Assembly: GCA_017554325.1 (NCBI GenBank)
Contig: JAFZIP010000010.1
Location: forward strand, 5,760 to 69,759
Direction of reading: 5' to 3'
Length of the DNA stretch: 64,000 bases
Source: Bacteroidales bacterium
GTDB taxonomy: Bacteria > Bacteroidota > Bacteroidia > Bacteroidales > WCHB1-69
Every line of letters starts with the position of its first letter. Position 1 is the first letter of the stretch. The notes under the pieces were generated by a model that was not told where the DNA came from, ran no database searches, and saw nothing but the letters and a program-made list of their open reading frames with translations. Shown here piece by piece: positions 63,492 to 64,000 of the stretch. The translations under genes were made by a program, and so were the position numbers.

Positions 63492-64000
63492 TTATCGTTG
63501 GCCAACGGCTTCGCACAACGCCTCATACCATGCCTCGCCGAACCGCCGCACCAACGGATCTTTCAAAAATTTGTATATGGGCAATCCCATCGCGGCTCCA
63601 TTCTTGCATGCACTGCCGCAAATATCCCAATGATGGTAGTTGAGTGCCCAATACTTGCCCACCTTGCTGACCCTAACCGGATAAAGATAACAGGAGATAG
63701 GCTTGCGGAATGGAATCTCGCCATTCAAAAAGGCCTTTTCAATGGCACACTTGCAAATTCCATCTTCGAAAAAAGCAAACGCACAAGCCTTGGAGCTCTC
63801 CACCAGAGGGGTGCTGAAATCACCCTCACCATCGTACGCGAAGGTCTCCCCATTGCGTTCCACCGCAACTATGCCTTCGGAGGTCATATAGCGACTATAA
63901 ACAGGATAGTGCTCATCCAGGTCGGCGACTTCCTCCGGAGCCAGCGGTGCTCCGGCATCGCCTTCCACACAGCACGTTCCCTTGCATTGCGACAGGTCAC
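63492..64000 (-). CDS. DUF3109-type Cys-rich protein; the N-terminus is off the window.
   Basis: The frame stays open beyond the listed start. Reading upstream gives ..DLSQCKGTCCVEGDAGAPL, the Cys cluster typical of DUF3109. Confidence 0.55.
   Translation of the reverse strand, partial: DLSQCKGTCCVEGDAGAPLAPEEVADLDEHYPVYSRYMTSEGIVAVERNGETFAYDGEGDFSTPLVESSKACAFAFFEDGICKCAIEKAFLNGEIPFRKPISCYLYPVRVSKVGKYWALNYHHWDICGSACKNGAAMGLPIYKFLKDPLVRRFGEAWYEALCEAVGQR

Overview
This is a chromosomal window from a Bacteroidota genome, probably Bacteroidales and Prevotella-like. The evidence is TAnnTTTG -7 promoter boxes 20-55 nt upstream of many start codons, T9SS type A and type B C-terminal sorting domains, FISUMP and DUF3857/DUF5686-type proteins, and roughly 50-55% GC by eye. 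About 45 protein genes can be supported; I found no rRNA, tRNA or CRISPR.

Housekeeping and core content:
- Two paralogous DUF3857/transglutaminase-like proteins. The first is partial and missing from the ORF track.
- ybjQ, and a hemerythrin gene overlapping a LuxR pseudo-receiver regulator.
- dsbD and lnt, with lnt translationally coupled to a 2708-aa T9SS-secreted C10 (streptopain-like) cysteine protease full of Cys-containing repeats.
- An orphan CoA-transferase A subunit, a 1405-aa GT3 glycogen synthase / GT35 alpha-glucan phosphorylase fusion, and thiamine pyrophosphokinase.
- A YfhO / flippase / glycosyltransferase group, and an Fe-ADH to ALDH pair separated by REP-like hairpins.
- thrS, and a 5-gene RND efflux operon (two small secreted proteins, MFP, RND, TolC).
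- An ECF sigma operon whose anti-sigma-like protein carries a T9SS type B domain.
- A FISUMP protein, a LysM-esterase and a partial DUF3109 gene.

The most unusual part is a 7.6-kb accessory island at 47.7-55.4 kb, between a thioredoxin-like gene and mpg. It holds hicBA, a frameshifted fibre-like repeat protein with a foreign AT-rich 3' end, and a ComEC-type MBL hydrolase. It then holds three minus-strand single-gene cassettes (GIY-YIG, barnase/EndoU-like, Rpn PD-(D/E)XK). Each cassette is separated by copies of a ~100-bp module that duplicates the 3' end of mpg, plus a family of GC-rich hairpins with conserved flanks and compensatory-variable stems. No recombinase is present in the window.

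Other recurring non-coding signals are C-free purine-rich word-repeat spacers (two of them canonical G-quadruplex motifs) and 30-bp GTAG palindromes.
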